A stretch of DNA of 64,000 nt from Candidatus Saccharicenans sp. (GCA_049659625.1 JBASPX010000045.1:96317-160316); one strand, 5' to 3'. Positions 28,483 to 38,186 are shown, counted from the first letter of the stretch. Made by a program: numbers and translations. Notes: a model not told the origin generated them from the letters alone.

Positions 28483-29703
28483 ATGAGTGTTAAATTCAGG
28501 TTAAGCGCGATGATGTTCCTGCAATATGCCATCTGGGGGTCCTGGGCCCCGGTGCTGTCTGCTTACCTTCAGAATAATCTGGGGTTCAGCGGCAAGGAAC
28601 TCGGTATTATCTTCAGTCTCCTGCCTCTGGCCACCATCATCTCTCCCTTCCTCGGCGGTCAGATAGCTGATCGTTATTTCCCGAGCGAAAAGGTAATAGC
28701 CGTGCTGCAGCTGGCGGGTGGAGTGCTGCTCATCCTGATAGCCGGAGTCACCGATTTTCGTCTGATGGTCTGGCTGATGCTTTTTTATTGCCTGGTTTAT
28801 GCTCCCACTCTGGCCCTGACCAATTCCATCGCCTTCGTCAACCTGAAAGACCCGGAGAAAGAATTCGGTGCTATCCGGGTCTGGGGTACGATCGGCTGGA
28901 TTGCCGCCGGCTGGGCTCTGGCTGGCTGGCGCTGGCTGGTAAAGTCGCCCGAAGAAATTGCCATGAAGGGCGATACCCTGATTTTAGCGGGGATTTTTTC
29001 CATCATCATGGGCCTTTATTCCTTCAGTCTTCCCCACACCCCGCCGCAGAAAGAAGCGGCCAAGCCCTGGGCTTTTCTGGAAGCCCTGAAGATGCTCAGG
29101 GACAAAAACTTTCTGGTTTTTGCCATCATCTCTTTCGTTGTGGCCACCGAACTTCAGTTTTACTATGTTCTTACTTCTCCTTTCCTTACCCAGCATGTCG
29201 GGGTCAGTCAGAAATTGGTACCTTTTGTCATGACCATCGCTCAGATAGCCGAAATCTTCGTCATGGCTTTTATGCTCAGCTGGGCTCTTAAAAAATTCGG
29301 CATGAGAATGACCCTGACTCTGGGAATTTTAGCCTGGCCGATTCGCTACATCATTTTCGTCATCGGCCAGCCCTCCTGGCTGGTAATCGCTTCGCTGGCC
29401 CTCCATGGCTTCTGTTACGTTTTCTTCTTCACCGCCGCTTACATCTACGTCGACAACATCGCTCCACGTGACATCCGTCATTCAGCTCAGAGCTTAATCG
29501 CCACCATAATCCTCGGGTTTGGTAACTTCGTCGGCAGTCTTTTCTGCGGCTGGATTCAGGACCTCTTTACCAGAGACGGTGTGGTTAACTGGAGGGGAAC
29601 CTTCTTAGTGCCGACGGTGCTAACCCTGCTGTGTCTTATTGTTTTCCTGGCCTTCTTCCGGGAAAATAAAGCCGGCACCCGGACTGAAACTGCTACCGTC
29701 TGA
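28483..29703 (+). CDS. MFS transporter of the nucleoside:H+ symporter (NupG/XapB/YegT) family.
   Basis: Twelve transmembrane segments and an N-terminal region (FLQYAIWGSWAPVLSAYL) typical of the NHS family. Start chosen at the ATG with an AAGGAG RBS. Confidence 0.65.
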   Translation: MSVKFRLSAMMFLQYAIWGSWAPVLSAYLQNNLGFSGKELGIIFSLLPLATIISPFLGGQIADRYFPSEKVIAVLQLAGGVLLILIAGVTDFRLMVWLMLFYCLVYAPTLALTNSIAFVNLKDPEKEFGAIRVWGTIGWIAAGWALAGWRWLVKSPEEIAMKGDTLILAGIFSIIMGLYSFSLPHTPPQKEAAKPWAFLEALKMLRDKNFLVFAIISFVVATELQFYYVLTSPFLTQHVGVSQKLVPFVMTIAQIAEIFVMAFMLSWALKKFGMRMTLTLGILAWPIRYIIFVIGQPSWLVIASLALHGFCYVFFFTAAYIYVDNIAPRDIRHSAQSLIATIILGFGNFVGSLFCGWIQDLFTRDGVVNWRGTFLVPTVLTLLCLIVFLAFFRENKAGTRTETATV

Positions 29704-29753
29704 TCGGGCAAGAAATTTTTTAATAAAAAATAAAAATCAAAAGGAGAGCAAAA

Positions 29754-31010
29754 ATGAAGCAACGTAAAAAAACACTGGGTGTGGGTTTTATTGGCGGAGG
29801 CTTTATAACCAGATTCCATATAAGGTCCTGGGTCGGAGTTAGAAACGCCGACATCCTGGGCATTTACGACCCTGACCAGAAAAGAGCCGGTGAAGCCGCT
29901 TCGCTCTCCCGCAAATTAAAGGTGGGCGAAGCCAGGCCCTACAAATCGATCACAGAAATGGTGGCCGACCCGAACATCGACGCCATCTGGATCTGCTCGC
30001 CGAATTACACCCGGATTGAAGTCATGGAAGAGATTGCCGAAGCCGTCCTCAAAGGAAAAGGCGAATTAATCGGCGTAACCTGCGAGAAACCACTGGGTCG
30101 AAACGTGAAAGAAGCCAGGAAAATGCTCCAGCTGGTGCAGAAAGCCGGTCTGCTCGACGGCTACCTGGAAAACCAGGTTTTCGCTCCGGCAGTCGTCCGC
30201 GGCAAAGAGATCATCTGGGCACGCGGGGCCAGTCTCTGCGGCCGTCCTTACCTGGCCCGGGCAGCCGAGGAACACAGCGGACCGCATATGCCCTGGTTCT
30301 GGGAAGGTGAACTGCAGGGAGGTGGCGTGCTTAACGATATGATGTGCCATTCAGTGGAAGAAGCCCGGTTCATGCTGACGCCTCCCGGAGCCAGCCGGGA
30401 TGAACTGACGCCGGTGAAGGTTACCGCTTACGCCAGCTGCCTGAAGTGGCAGATCCCGGAATACGTCGAACACCTGAAACGCATCAGCGGCGGACGCCTC
30501 GATTATGCTAACCGGCCGGCGGAAGATTTCGCCCGCTCGGTTATCGAATACCGCGACAAACAGGGAAATATTTTAGTGGTTGAGACCACCACCTCCTGGT
30601 GCTACGTTGGAGCCGGACTGCGTTTGACCATGGAACTTCTCGGCCCCGAATATTCGCTCCAGATTAACACCTTAGACTCCGGACTGAAAGTTTTCTTCAG
30701 CCGCCGGGTGAAAGGAAAAGCCGGCGAAGACCTGGTGGAAAAGCAGAATGCCGAGGTCGGTCTGATGCCGGTGGTGGCCAGCGAGGAACATGAATACGGT
30801 TACACCAGCGAAAACAGGCATATGGTCGAATCGTTCCTTGAGGGCCGGCGTCCGATGGAAAACTTCAGCGACGGTGTGAACGTCACCGAACTGCTGATGA
30901 CCGCTTACATGAGCATCGAGAAAGATAAAACGATGCCCTTCCCGCCACCGGGGCTGGAGAATTTTGTGCCGGCCGTGGCTAAGGGCCAGTGGAACCCGAG
31001 AAAGAAATAA
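29754..31010 (+). CDS. Gfo/Idh/MocA-family NAD(P)-dependent oxidoreductase.
   Basis: N-terminal Rossmann motif GVGFIGGGFITRFH and the EKP motif of the family (CEKPLG). Confidence 0.85.
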   Translation: MKQRKKTLGVGFIGGGFITRFHIRSWVGVRNADILGIYDPDQKRAGEAASLSRKLKVGEARPYKSITEMVADPNIDAIWICSPNYTRIEVMEEIAEAVLKGKGELIGVTCEKPLGRNVKEARKMLQLVQKAGLLDGYLENQVFAPAVVRGKEIIWARGASLCGRPYLARAAEEHSGPHMPWFWEGELQGGGVLNDMMCHSVEEARFMLTPPGASRDELTPVKVTAYASCLKWQIPEYVEHLKRISGGRLDYANRPAEDFARSVIEYRDKQGNILVVETTTSWCYVGAGLRLTMELLGPEYSLQINTLDSGLKVFFSRRVKGKAGEDLVEKQNAEVGLMPVVASEEHEYGYTSENRHMVESFLEGRRPMENFSDGVNVTELLMTAYMSIEKDKTMPFPPPGLENFVPAVAKGQWNPRKK

Positions 31011-31067
31011 TCGCTCATCCGGCCATTGCTTAAAAATTAAGAAAAATATGTTTTGCCGGAGGCAAAT

Positions 31068-32561
31068 ATGAAACAAAAGAGAAGGACCTTTGTGTCTGCT
31101 TTGACGATTTTATGTCTGCTGGCCGCAAGCACCCTTTTCCTGACGCTTCAGACCAAGGCGCAGGAAAAGATCATCCCGGAAGAAATAAAAAGGCAGGTCA
31201 GCAGCACGGATTATTCTTCCGTCAGAATAAAAAAATTTCCGCTGGCGGTGCAGTGCTGGACCTACCGCGGCTACACTTTTTTCGAAGCGCTGGAAAAGGT
31301 TAAAGCTCTGGGTATAGATTACGTTCAGGCATATCCCGGACAGAGGCTTTCCAGGGATCTGCCGCCGAACGTCGTCTTCAACCATAACCTCGATGAACAG
31401 CACTTAAAGCTCGTGCGGGAGAAACTCAATTCTCTGAAGATGAGCGTGGTGGCTTATGGCGTGGTTGACACCGGCCGCACAGAAGAGGAAATGAGGAAGG
31501 TTTTCGATTTTGCCCGCAAACTGGGGATCCGGGTGATAGTCACCGAACCCCGCGATGAAGATTATCCCGTCCTGAACAAACTGGTGAAAGAATACGACCT
31601 CAGAGTGGCCATACACAACCACCCCGAACCCAGCAAGTATGCCCATCCGGCCACAGTCCTTAAATACCTGAAGGAAGCCGATGAAAGAATTGGCGTCTGC
31701 GCCGACACCGGTCACTGGATGAGAGGGAACCTGCTGCCGGTTGAATGTCTCAGAATGTTAGCCGGCCGCATCTATGACGTTCATCTTAAGGACCGTAGCG
31801 ATTTTGGCACGAAAAAGGCGGAGGACGTGGCTTTTGGAAGCGGTCGGGCAGACATCAGGAAGGTGCTGGCCGAGCTCACCCTTCAGGATTATGACGGCTT
31901 CCTGACGTTCGAGTACGAAAACGAAAAGGAGGTTATGACTCCGGAGCCAGCGATAAAAAAAGGAATTGAGTTCATAAGAAGTGTTACCTACTATGAAGGC
32001 TACGAACAGTTGCTCAGCCGGTATCGAGGCCGTTATGAAAAACACGGCTGGAATCATTACGGACCTGGCTATTTTGAACTCGACCCGAAGACCGGAATTC
32101 TGAAGTCTCAGGGCGGCATGGGACTGCTCTGGTACAGCCGGAAAAAATTCAGGGATTTTGTTCTCGAGCTGGAGTTTAAGTGTTCCCGCAAAGACACCAA
32201 TTCAGGCGTTTTTCTCCGTGTGCCGGAAGTCCCGACCAGCGACGATTACATCTATCATTCGTTCGAAATCCAGATTTATGACGCCGGTGAAGGCATCCAC
32301 ATGACGGGTGCAGTTTATGACGCCCAGGCTCCCGCTCGCCTGGCTTCAAAGCCAACCGGCGAGTGGAATCATTTCCGGATTTCCTTCATAGGTGACCGAA
32401 TAACCGTCGAGCTCAACGGGGAAAAGGTGGTCGACTGGAAAGCAGAACCCCGGGGCAAGGTAAAAGATTTTGCCCGGGAAGGTTACATCGGACTGCAGAA
32501 TCATGACAGCCTGTCTCCGGTCTACTTCAGAAACATCTACATCAAAGAAATCAACAACTGA
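31068..32561 (+). CDS. Secreted fusion of a sugar-phosphate isomerase/epimerase-like (xylose-isomerase-like TIM barrel) domain with a DUF1080 (3-keto-disaccharide hydrolase / LamG-like) domain.
   Basis: Signal peptide, possibly Tat (KRRTFVSAL). TIM-barrel region IHNHPEP..GVCADTGHW. The C-terminal DUF1080 pattern is GWNHYGPGY..LWY..FVLELEFK..NSGVFLR..EIQIYD..GLQNHDS. A GGAGG RBS precedes ATG 31068. Confidence 0.7.
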   Translation: MKQKRRTFVSALTILCLLAASTLFLTLQTKAQEKIIPEEIKRQVSSTDYSSVRIKKFPLAVQCWTYRGYTFFEALEKVKALGIDYVQAYPGQRLSRDLPPNVVFNHNLDEQHLKLVREKLNSLKMSVVAYGVVDTGRTEEEMRKVFDFARKLGIRVIVTEPRDEDYPVLNKLVKEYDLRVAIHNHPEPSKYAHPATVLKYLKEADERIGVCADTGHWMRGNLLPVECLRMLAGRIYDVHLKDRSDFGTKKAEDVAFGSGRADIRKVLAELTLQDYDGFLTFEYENEKEVMTPEPAIKKGIEFIRSVTYYEGYEQLLSRYRGRYEKHGWNHYGPGYFELDPKTGILKSQGGMGLLWYSRKKFRDFVLELEFKCSRKDTNSGVFLRVPEVPTSDDYIYHSFEIQIYDAGEGIHMTGAVYDAQAPARLASKPTGEWNHFRISFIGDRITVELNGEKVVDWKAEPRGKVKDFAREGYIGLQNHDSLSPVYFRNIYIKEINN

Positions 32562-32563
32562 CA

Positions 32564-35500
32564 CTAAAAGCCCGGAGTGATGGTGAACTGCCAGTGCCAG
32601 CCCTTCCCCGGGCGGCTGAACGGATAGACGTAGTCAAAGCCGAGCACCAGCACTCCAAAAAGGTTGGTTCTAAGTCCGACTCCGGTGCTGGATACCGGTT
32701 TCTTCTCGCCGCCAAACCAGCTGGGCTTCTCCCCGCCATACCAGGCGGTGCCGATGTCGTAAAAGGCCAGAAATTCCAGCGGCCAGACGCCATAGTATCC
32801 TCTGCCGATCCCGAGAACCCTGAAGACAGGAAACCTCAGTTCGACGTTGGCCACCAGCATTCTGGAGCCCAGCAGGCGATTGAAATCAAAATAATCACTT
32901 GAGTTTTCATCAAACTCATTGTAATTGAAGCTGTTATAATCATATCCCCTGACCAGCGTTTCATAGCCGAGGAAAAGAGGCCAGAGACGTTGGTCGTTTC
33001 CTCCCTTTCCGTAGCGTCCATAATGCAGAACTCTGAAAGCAAAGGTGAAAGGTTTGGCCGGTATTATGTATCTCCGGTAATCAGCCAGCAGGCTGACGAA
33101 GTTCAGGTCTCCAAAGTTCGGCTGAACCTCGAGCAGGTAAGCCTGGCCGGTAATCGGACTGCAGGCACCGAAGAGCGAACTGTCGTATACCAGCGCGGCC
33201 GATACGTATCCGTATTTTATCGACGGAGGCGATGGCAGGTCGAGACGGTAAAGGTCGATCAGCATGAAATCGAGAGTGTAAATGTAACGTGTTAATCTCG
33301 AATTAAAGTCGATCAGATTAAAGCCTGCGGAAAATTCAACCCTTCTGAATACGTTAAACGGGTAGTAGGCAAAACCGCTCAGTTGATAGGCAATCTGACG
33401 GTTGAGATACTCTTCCTCAACGTAAACGGGAACGCCTCCCATTTCAGTGTAATAAGCGCCGTAAGAGCCATAAACATAAGGCACCCGCTGGAGGACCGCT
33501 CCCCAGTTCACCCGGTTTCTTGCGTTCATGTAGCCGACCAGAGCAAAACTGTCAATCAATTCGTAGTTGGTCTGGGCCATGGTCACCACTGTATGATAAC
33601 CGAGCATATCGCTCCAGAAAGCGGCTATGCCTCCGCCGGCGTAAGTCCCGTAGCGGTCAACGCCAACAGCCAGAGTGGGTCGGGTGATGTAGTCGAGAGA
33701 AAGTTTTGGCCGATAACCGGTTACAGGAAAGTCAGTTTCCCTCGGAAGTCCGTACAGAGGATTTCTTAACAGCCCGAGCAGGGCTCCTTCCGGCTGGGTT
33801 CTCGGCGGCAAAAGATTCAACGGTCTCTCTCCAAATTGAGCGATGGTCGGCTGTCCCTGGAGTTTTTCCGGTGAATCAATTAGATATATGGAGTAACTCC
33901 CGTTTTCATACACTGAAAGTGCCAGCCGCCGGCTGCCCTGAGAATAGGAAATAGCCGGGCTGAGCTCGGTTATCCCGCTGATGCCGGTAAACAGGTTGCT
34001 GAGCTGATAGATTTTCCCGTCCCTGAGGTCAACACGATAGAGGTCTGTTTTCCCGGTGTAATCAGAAAGGAAAAACATGCTCTGACCATCTTCTGACCAC
34101 TGCGGGTTGACATTCTTGCCGGAGGGAAATGCCAGAACTCTGGTAATCTGACCGGTTTCAACATCCAGCAAGCCCAGGTCGTAATTTCCGGGATCGAGCC
34201 ACTGCAGATTAGCGCTGAATCTTTCGGTGACAAAAGCTATCTTTTTGCTGTCTGGAGACCAAACCGGCTGTAGGTCGCCAAAACTATCTCTGGTCATCTG
34301 CTTTACCGTGTTATCTTCAAGGTCATAAATATAGATATCGGTTACCCCTCCAGAAAGAGCGGCAAAGGCAATTTTCTTTCCGTCCGGCGACCAGGATGGA
34401 TGCAGAATTTCTCCCAGCTCAGGAAAAGGAATTTCTCTTTCGATTTTCCCGGTCAGAGCATTCATGATGGTCAGCTGCGGCCGTCCCCTGCTAACGGTTC
34501 CAAGCACGATTCTCTGGCTGTCGGGCGCCCAGGCTCCGGCTGACCTGATGAATTGAATGCTCTCGAAATGGGGGTCTATGTCAGTTGAAGTGAGCTTCCT
34601 CAGAATCTTTCCGGTCTTCGGGTCTGCCAGATAGAGGTCAACCGAGAAAAGAGCTCGCGATGAAAAGAAAATCATGTGCTCCCCGTCCGGGCTTAAAACC
34701 GGGGAGATGTTGTAAGGGTTTTCTTCCAGGCCTTTGACCAGAAGACGTCCGAGACGATCCGGGGTTTCTGTCAGCGGAACCAGGCCTTTATAGGCTTCCT
34801 CCATTGATTTATGCCAGTCTTCAGAAAGCTTTTTAAGCGGTACTCCGAGAACTCCCTGAAGCACCGATTCATAGTCTCCACCCCGGGCAAGCATCCGGAA
34901 AATTTTGCCGATCATTTCATCTCCCCAGCGGCCGCCGATGTAAGCCCAGACTGCATGTCCGTATCTATAGGGGAAGTAACGGTAATAGTTCTCCAGCTTC
35001 CTGATCTGAGGCAGGTCTTTCCTCTTCCAGGTATCCCTCATCCACATTGAAGTCTGGGTGTCAACCGGCCCGATGGAGAGATATTCGGACAGACCCTCTA
35101 TCAGAAAGAGAGGGACCCTCAGCTCCGCCCCGGTGTATCTGGCCTGGTCCGAATGACCCTGACCGGCAATATCGTACTGAAAGGCGTGCACCAGCTCATG
35201 ACCGATGACATGGTCAGTTTCAGCCATGGAAACGCCGTACGGCAGAACTATTCTCCTCTTAAAGGATTCAGTCACGCCCCCTGTTCCTTCTCCCAGAGTC
35301 TCCGGGATGACGGTGGTTTGCTGAAATTCAGGGCTGCTGGAATAAATGATCAGGGCCTGCCGCCCCTTCAGTTCATGGTTGAAGATGCGGCTCAACCGGG
35401 CATACCAGCGCTCGGCCATCATCGCCGCCTGCTTTACCACTTCTTCATCTTCCTGGTAGAAATAGACATCAAAATGCCTGGTCTTCATTATTCTGAAATC

Positions 35501-35653
35501 AAATTTCCTGTACTGGACCTTGTTGCGGCCAAAATACTGAGCCTGAAGTGGAGCGAGCCAGACGAGCAAAAACAATGTTAAAAGCAAAGGAATAATCGCT
35601 GCTCGTTTATTTCTGAAAGAGTCCATTTGATTCCTCCTTCTTTTTTGTTTCAC
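32564..35653 (-). CDS. 1029-aa secreted fusion of a gluzincin (HExxH..E) metallopeptidase domain, a TolB-like PD40 beta-propeller, and a C-terminal Omp85-type beta-barrel.
   Basis: Signal peptide; HELVHAFQYD...FLIEGLSEY; PD40 repeats (LSPDGEHMIFF, WSPDGKKIAFA, WSPDSKKIAFV, WSEDGQSMFFLS). C-terminal barrel motifs LVRGYDY, VELRFPVF, FYDIGTAW and GVGLR, with a terminal ..ITPGF. These parallel the stand-alone barrel at 3524-4690. Confidence 0.7.
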   Translation of the reverse strand: MKQKRRRNQMDSFRNKRAAIIPLLLTLFLLVWLAPLQAQYFGRNKVQYRKFDFRIMKTRHFDVYFYQEDEEVVKQAAMMAERWYARLSRIFNHELKGRQALIIYSSSPEFQQTTVIPETLGEGTGGVTESFKRRIVLPYGVSMAETDHVIGHELVHAFQYDIAGQGHSDQARYTGAELRVPLFLIEGLSEYLSIGPVDTQTSMWMRDTWKRKDLPQIRKLENYYRYFPYRYGHAVWAYIGGRWGDEMIGKIFRMLARGGDYESVLQGVLGVPLKKLSEDWHKSMEEAYKGLVPLTETPDRLGRLLVKGLEENPYNISPVLSPDGEHMIFFSSRALFSVDLYLADPKTGKILRKLTSTDIDPHFESIQFIRSAGAWAPDSQRIVLGTVSRGRPQLTIMNALTGKIEREIPFPELGEILHPSWSPDGKKIAFAALSGGVTDIYIYDLEDNTVKQMTRDSFGDLQPVWSPDSKKIAFVTERFSANLQWLDPGNYDLGLLDVETGQITRVLAFPSGKNVNPQWSEDGQSMFFLSDYTGKTDLYRVDLRDGKIYQLSNLFTGISGITELSPAISYSQGSRRLALSVYENGSYSIYLIDSPEKLQGQPTIAQFGERPLNLLPPRTQPEGALLGLLRNPLYGLPRETDFPVTGYRPKLSLDYITRPTLAVGVDRYGTYAGGGIAAFWSDMLGYHTVVTMAQTNYELIDSFALVGYMNARNRVNWGAVLQRVPYVYGSYGAYYTEMGGVPVYVEEEYLNRQIAYQLSGFAYYPFNVFRRVEFSAGFNLIDFNSRLTRYIYTLDFMLIDLYRLDLPSPPSIKYGYVSAALVYDSSLFGACSPITGQAYLLEVQPNFGDLNFVSLLADYRRYIIPAKPFTFAFRVLHYGRYGKGGNDQRLWPLFLGYETLVRGYDYNSFNYNEFDENSSDYFDFNRLLGSRMLVANVELRFPVFRVLGIGRGYYGVWPLEFLAFYDIGTAWYGGEKPSWFGGEKKPVSSTGVGLRTNLFGVLVLGFDYVYPFSRPGKGWHWQFTITPGF

Positions 35654-35757
35654 TATCTGATATTATAACCCAAATTTCAGTAAACTGTTTCAACTTTAAT
35701 CCCCCGAACTATTTTGGGAAAATTCTGCCTTAACTGCCATCAAAACTGCTTTTTTTT

Positions 35758-35788
35758 CACCCTGAATGTGCTAATAATATCCAGGGTG
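35758..35788 (+). promoter_or_regulatory. Inverted repeat CACCCTG-N17-CAGGGTG overlapping a TGcTAATAAT extended -10-like element and the Shine-Dalgarno of the radical SAM gene.
   Basis: Seven-bp arms at 35758-35764 and 35782-35788. The right arm lies within the AGGGTGGA RBS, 6 nt before ATG 35795. Confidence 0.3.
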
Positions 35789-35794
35789 GATTAA

Positions 35795-36550
35795 ATGGTC
35801 AGAATAAGAGAAATCCAGGCAAAGAGCGTCCTGAACAGGTCAAAAATATTTGATTACTGTCTGAATCCTTACACCGGCTGCAGCCATGCCTGCCGCTACT
35901 GCTACGCCGGGCTTTTTATCCGCCGGTATTCAGGTCATACCGAACCCTGGGGTGAATTTGTCGATATCAAAGTGAACGCTCCGGAACTCCTGCGCCGCCA
36001 GCTGCCGAGAGCGAAAAAAGGCACCGTCTGGATTTCTTCTGTTTGTGATCCTTATCAGCCGGTAGAAGTTCGCTATCAACTGACAAAAAAATGTCTTGAA
36101 ATCATCCGACAGTTTGATTTTTCGGTTTTCATCCAGACCAAGTCCGACCTGGTGGTCAGGGATGTTGAACTGCTTCAGGAAATAAAGGAAATTGAAGTCG
36201 GGTTTTCCATCGCCACCGACGACGACCGAACAGCGGCGCTTTTCGAACCCGGCGCGCCCTCAATCAGCCGGCGCCTGCTGGCTCTGGAGAAAATCAAACA
36301 CAAAAACATAAAGACATTTGCCTTCATCGGACCGCTGCTGCCCCAGAATCCCATCCGGCTGGTCAACCTTTTGCGCGGTCTGGTGGACAGAGTTTTTATC
36401 GACCGGCTGAATTACGCCGATCAGTTTATGAATTTTTACCGGAATCATAACCTGACCCGATATGCCAGCCCGGAATTTTTCCAGAAAACATCCGCTCTTC
36501 TGGTCGAGGAGCTGAAGAGAAACCAGCTTGATTACGAATTGCTCTTCTGA
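35795..36550 (+). CDS. Radical SAM protein of the SplB / DNA-repair-photolyase (COG1533) family.
   Basis: NPYTGCSHACRYCYA, which is a CxxxCxxC cluster in the family-typical context. About 250 aa. Confidence 0.7.
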   Translation: MVRIREIQAKSVLNRSKIFDYCLNPYTGCSHACRYCYAGLFIRRYSGHTEPWGEFVDIKVNAPELLRRQLPRAKKGTVWISSVCDPYQPVEVRYQLTKKCLEIIRQFDFSVFIQTKSDLVVRDVELLQEIKEIEVGFSIATDDDRTAALFEPGAPSISRRLLALEKIKHKNIKTFAFIGPLLPQNPIRLVNLLRGLVDRVFIDRLNYADQFMNFYRNHNLTRYASPEFFQKTSALLVEELKRNQLDYELLF

Positions 36551-36687
36551 AGAAATCTTCAGTTTCATTGAAAAGGCCGGCGCCGTTCAGGTTCATAATG
36601 CTCTGGCCTCTCCGGCTGGCATTATTAAAACCCCATCAGAGAAAAAGGTTTGCATTGTCCGGGGGAAGTAAGTAAGATTTTTTTATC

Positions 36688-37989
36688 ATGCTTTTCAGGA
36701 CACTGCTGATAGCAGCCATTATCATCGTATTTTACTCGCTGGCTAAATGGCGGAAACTCTCGGTGGAATTGAGCCTGCTGGCCGCTACCATCGGGGGAGC
36801 TCTGGCCGGTTCCATTTTCAGCTCGCCGCCGCCCGCAGAAATCCCGAGACATCTGGTTGAAGGCTCGTTTACCTATCTTGATGTCATCCTGGTTTTTTTT
36901 ACGGCCACCCTGTTCATAACGATCATCCAGAAATCTGGAGGAGTTGACTTTGCCGTCCGCCGCACCGTCGTTCGTTTTTATCGTTCCCGATTCCTGGCCC
37001 TGTTACTGCTGATGGTGATTGTTCTTATTCCCGGCGCTCTCACCGGAGCCGGCAGCGTTTCTCTACTGGTGGTGGGAGCTCCGGTGGCCCTGGCACTCAG
37101 AGGTCTCGGGGTTGAGGAAAAGAAAATCCCGGCGATTCTTTTTATTCTGGCCGGGCTGGCCGCCGCCGCTCCTCCGGTAAACATCTGGGCTATGATGCTG
37201 TGCGCCGGCACGGCCATTCCCTATGTCGGTTTTGAACTGCCGCTCGGGCTTCCGGTCATCATCCTCGGCATCCTGACTGTGGCAATCCTCGGAAGAAGGA
37301 AAGGCGCGGCGGAAATAGATTCTTTCCTGGAAAAGATAACCCCGCATCCGGGGATGAACTGGCTCCGGCTGCTCCTGCCGTTTCTGGTGTTCTTCGGTCT
37401 GGTTCTCGCCTACCGGCTATTTCCGTTCAACTTCCCTGTGCTCGGACTTCCTCTGGAATTCCTCACAGCTTCTCTTGTAGCTCTGGTTCTGAGTCCGGTC
37501 AGGTTGAACTTAATAAGGGTCGCTTCAGAGACCCTGCGCAAGTTGCTGCCGCTTCTGGCCATCATGGTGATAGTTGGCATGCTGCAGCAAATTCTTTCAG
37601 CCAGCGGGGTCAAGGGACTTATTTCTTATTCTGTTCTTATCATTCCGCTTGGACTTCTTTTCTGCCTGTTGCCCGTGATCATACCGGTTTCTGAAGGCGT
37701 TTTAACCTACGGCGGAGCGGCCATAATCGGCATTCCGCTCGTCTGGTATCTCAACTCTCTTGGCTACCACGCGACCGTGGTCATCTCCGGGCTCAGCCTT
37801 CTCTGGCCCCTCGGAGATGGGTTGCCTCCAACCGCTCTGATCGGAAGGTTGAGCGTGATGGTTTCAGGATATCAGGGTAAATACTGGCAGTTTCTTAAAG
37901 AAACCTGGATTCCCTGGTTGATAATCACGGCTACCGGTATGTTGATGATCATTTTCAGCGCAAAGCTTAAATTCCTGGTAACGGGATGA
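36688..37989 (+). CDS. Polytopic membrane permease (ion-transporter-superfamily / TRAP DctM-like fold). Substrate unknown.
   Basis: More than 10 predicted transmembrane helices and a Gly/Ala-rich composition. No catalytic motifs. Confidence 0.45.
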   Translation: MLFRTLLIAAIIIVFYSLAKWRKLSVELSLLAATIGGALAGSIFSSPPPAEIPRHLVEGSFTYLDVILVFFTATLFITIIQKSGGVDFAVRRTVVRFYRSRFLALLLLMVIVLIPGALTGAGSVSLLVVGAPVALALRGLGVEEKKIPAILFILAGLAAAAPPVNIWAMMLCAGTAIPYVGFELPLGLPVIILGILTVAILGRRKGAAEIDSFLEKITPHPGMNWLRLLLPFLVFFGLVLAYRLFPFNFPVLGLPLEFLTASLVALVLSPVRLNLIRVASETLRKLLPLLAIMVIVGMLQQILSASGVKGLISYSVLIIPLGLLFCLLPVIIPVSEGVLTYGGAAIIGIPLVWYLNSLGYHATVVISGLSLLWPLGDGLPPTALIGRLSVMVSGYQGKYWQFLKETWIPWLIITATGMLMIIFSAKLKFLVTG

Positions 37990-38013
37990 TGCAAAACGGC
38001 AGGACGGTTAAAG

Positions 38014-38175
38014 ATGATAGCTAAAGTTGTCATGTTTATTTATTACCTGATAAGCGCTTTTTTTGTGGTCATCGTGCTTAAAAATTTCATCCAGGAAAAG
38101 GAAAGCCGGGACCGGGCGCTGCTTTATTTAATCGTGTTAATTCCTTTTATTCTCAGGCTTCTCCGGGTAAAGTAA
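38014..38175 (+). CDS. Possible 53-aa two-transmembrane small membrane protein. It is below the ORF-track length cutoff.
   Basis: ATG..TAA ORF (MIAKVVMFIYYLISAFFVVIVL...LIVLIPFILRLLRVK) between two same-strand genes. Weak RBS. Confidence 0.2.
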   Translation: MIAKVVMFIYYLISAFFVVIVLKNFIQEKESRDRALLYLIVLIPFILRLLRVK

Positions 38176-38186
38176 AGGATTTGGTC

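Noticed and set aside
28320-28532. 71-codon N-terminal extension of the PilZ ORF.
   Set aside because: Low-complexity Phe/Leu-rich translation of AT-rich promoter DNA. The PilZ domain begins at the internal Met.
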